From a bacterium (GTDB lineage: Bacteria > SZUA-182 > DTGQ01 > JAFGSM01): 17,208 bases of DNA. Position 1 is the first letter of the stretch. Each line of letters starts with the position of its first letter. The stretch covers positions 1 to 17,208 of the forward strand of contig JBLIRP010000081.1 in NCBI GenBank assembly GCA_049472355.1. Direction: 5' to 3'. Under the pieces are notes generated by a model. That model saw nothing but the letters and a program-made list of their open reading frames with translations. It was not told where the DNA came from and did no database searches. This document shows positions 16,975 to 17,208 of this stretch, in pieces. Position numbers and translations under genes: made by a program.

Positions 16975-17132
16975 CTATTCGGATTGGGAAAAAATATGGT
17001 CAGGGTGATGCAGAACCCGTTTTTATCATCAGGGCATAATTGTTAGACAGATTCGTACATTCCTGTTTTTTTTTAATAGGCGGAAATTATTTTTCACCAG
17101 GTATAAATTTTATACATGTGCCTGGTGAAGGC

Positions 17133-17166
17133 AAAAAAAGAGGGCAGCGGATATCCGCTGCCCTCT
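17133..17166 (-). terminator. Intrinsic terminator of probable large-gene paralog C
   Basis: Perfect palindrome AGAGGGCAGCGGATATCCGCTGCCCTCT with a U-run on the - strand. Shares the GGCAGCGGA/TCCGCTGCC stem with 13862-13894. Confidence 0.88.
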
Positions 17167-17188
17167 GGGTGTTTCCCGGTTAAGGGTA

Positions 17189-17208
17189 TTAGTAGCTCCA
17201 CCACGGCT
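17189..17208 (-). CDS. 3' end of probable third large secreted protein, paralog C (truncated by window edge)
   Basis: Minus strand ..AG CCG TGG TGG AGC TAC TAA = xPWWSY*, matching KPWWTY* of paralog B, and followed by a homologous terminator. Only 20 nt are visible. Confidence 0.75.

Overview
Bacterial chromosomal window with two layers. The first is a central ~12-kb housekeeping block. On the + strand it carries an rplC (ribosomal protein L3) outside its usual S10 operon, an ADP-forming acyl-CoA synthetase, a Pta-N-terminal-like DRTGG protein, a PfkB kinase, a PurN-like formyltransferase, an EhaR/COG4030-like HAD protein and a DUF1015 protein. Converging on these from the - strand are an Hsp20 gene and a GH57/DUF3536 gene, with a 245-bp nested palindromic element between them. 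The second layer is a repeated, uncharacterised two-gene module on the - strand, found on both sides of the block. It pairs a 130-aa secreted Tyr/Phe/Pro/Thr-rich, almost uncharged protein with a ~780-aa secreted protein that has probable CBM-like and cadherin/Ig-like domains. One complete module lies at 13923-16683. A second module at <1-668 runs off the left edge. The last codons and terminator of a probable third large-gene copy lie at the right edge (17133-17208). The paralogs show heavy synonymous divergence with conserved mature sequence, plus shared RBS, 5'-UTR and terminator motifs. This multicopy secreted pair is the best candidate for an undescribed system, possibly a cell-surface, S-layer, sheath or fibre system. 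All functional calls come from motif recognition by eye; no searches were run.
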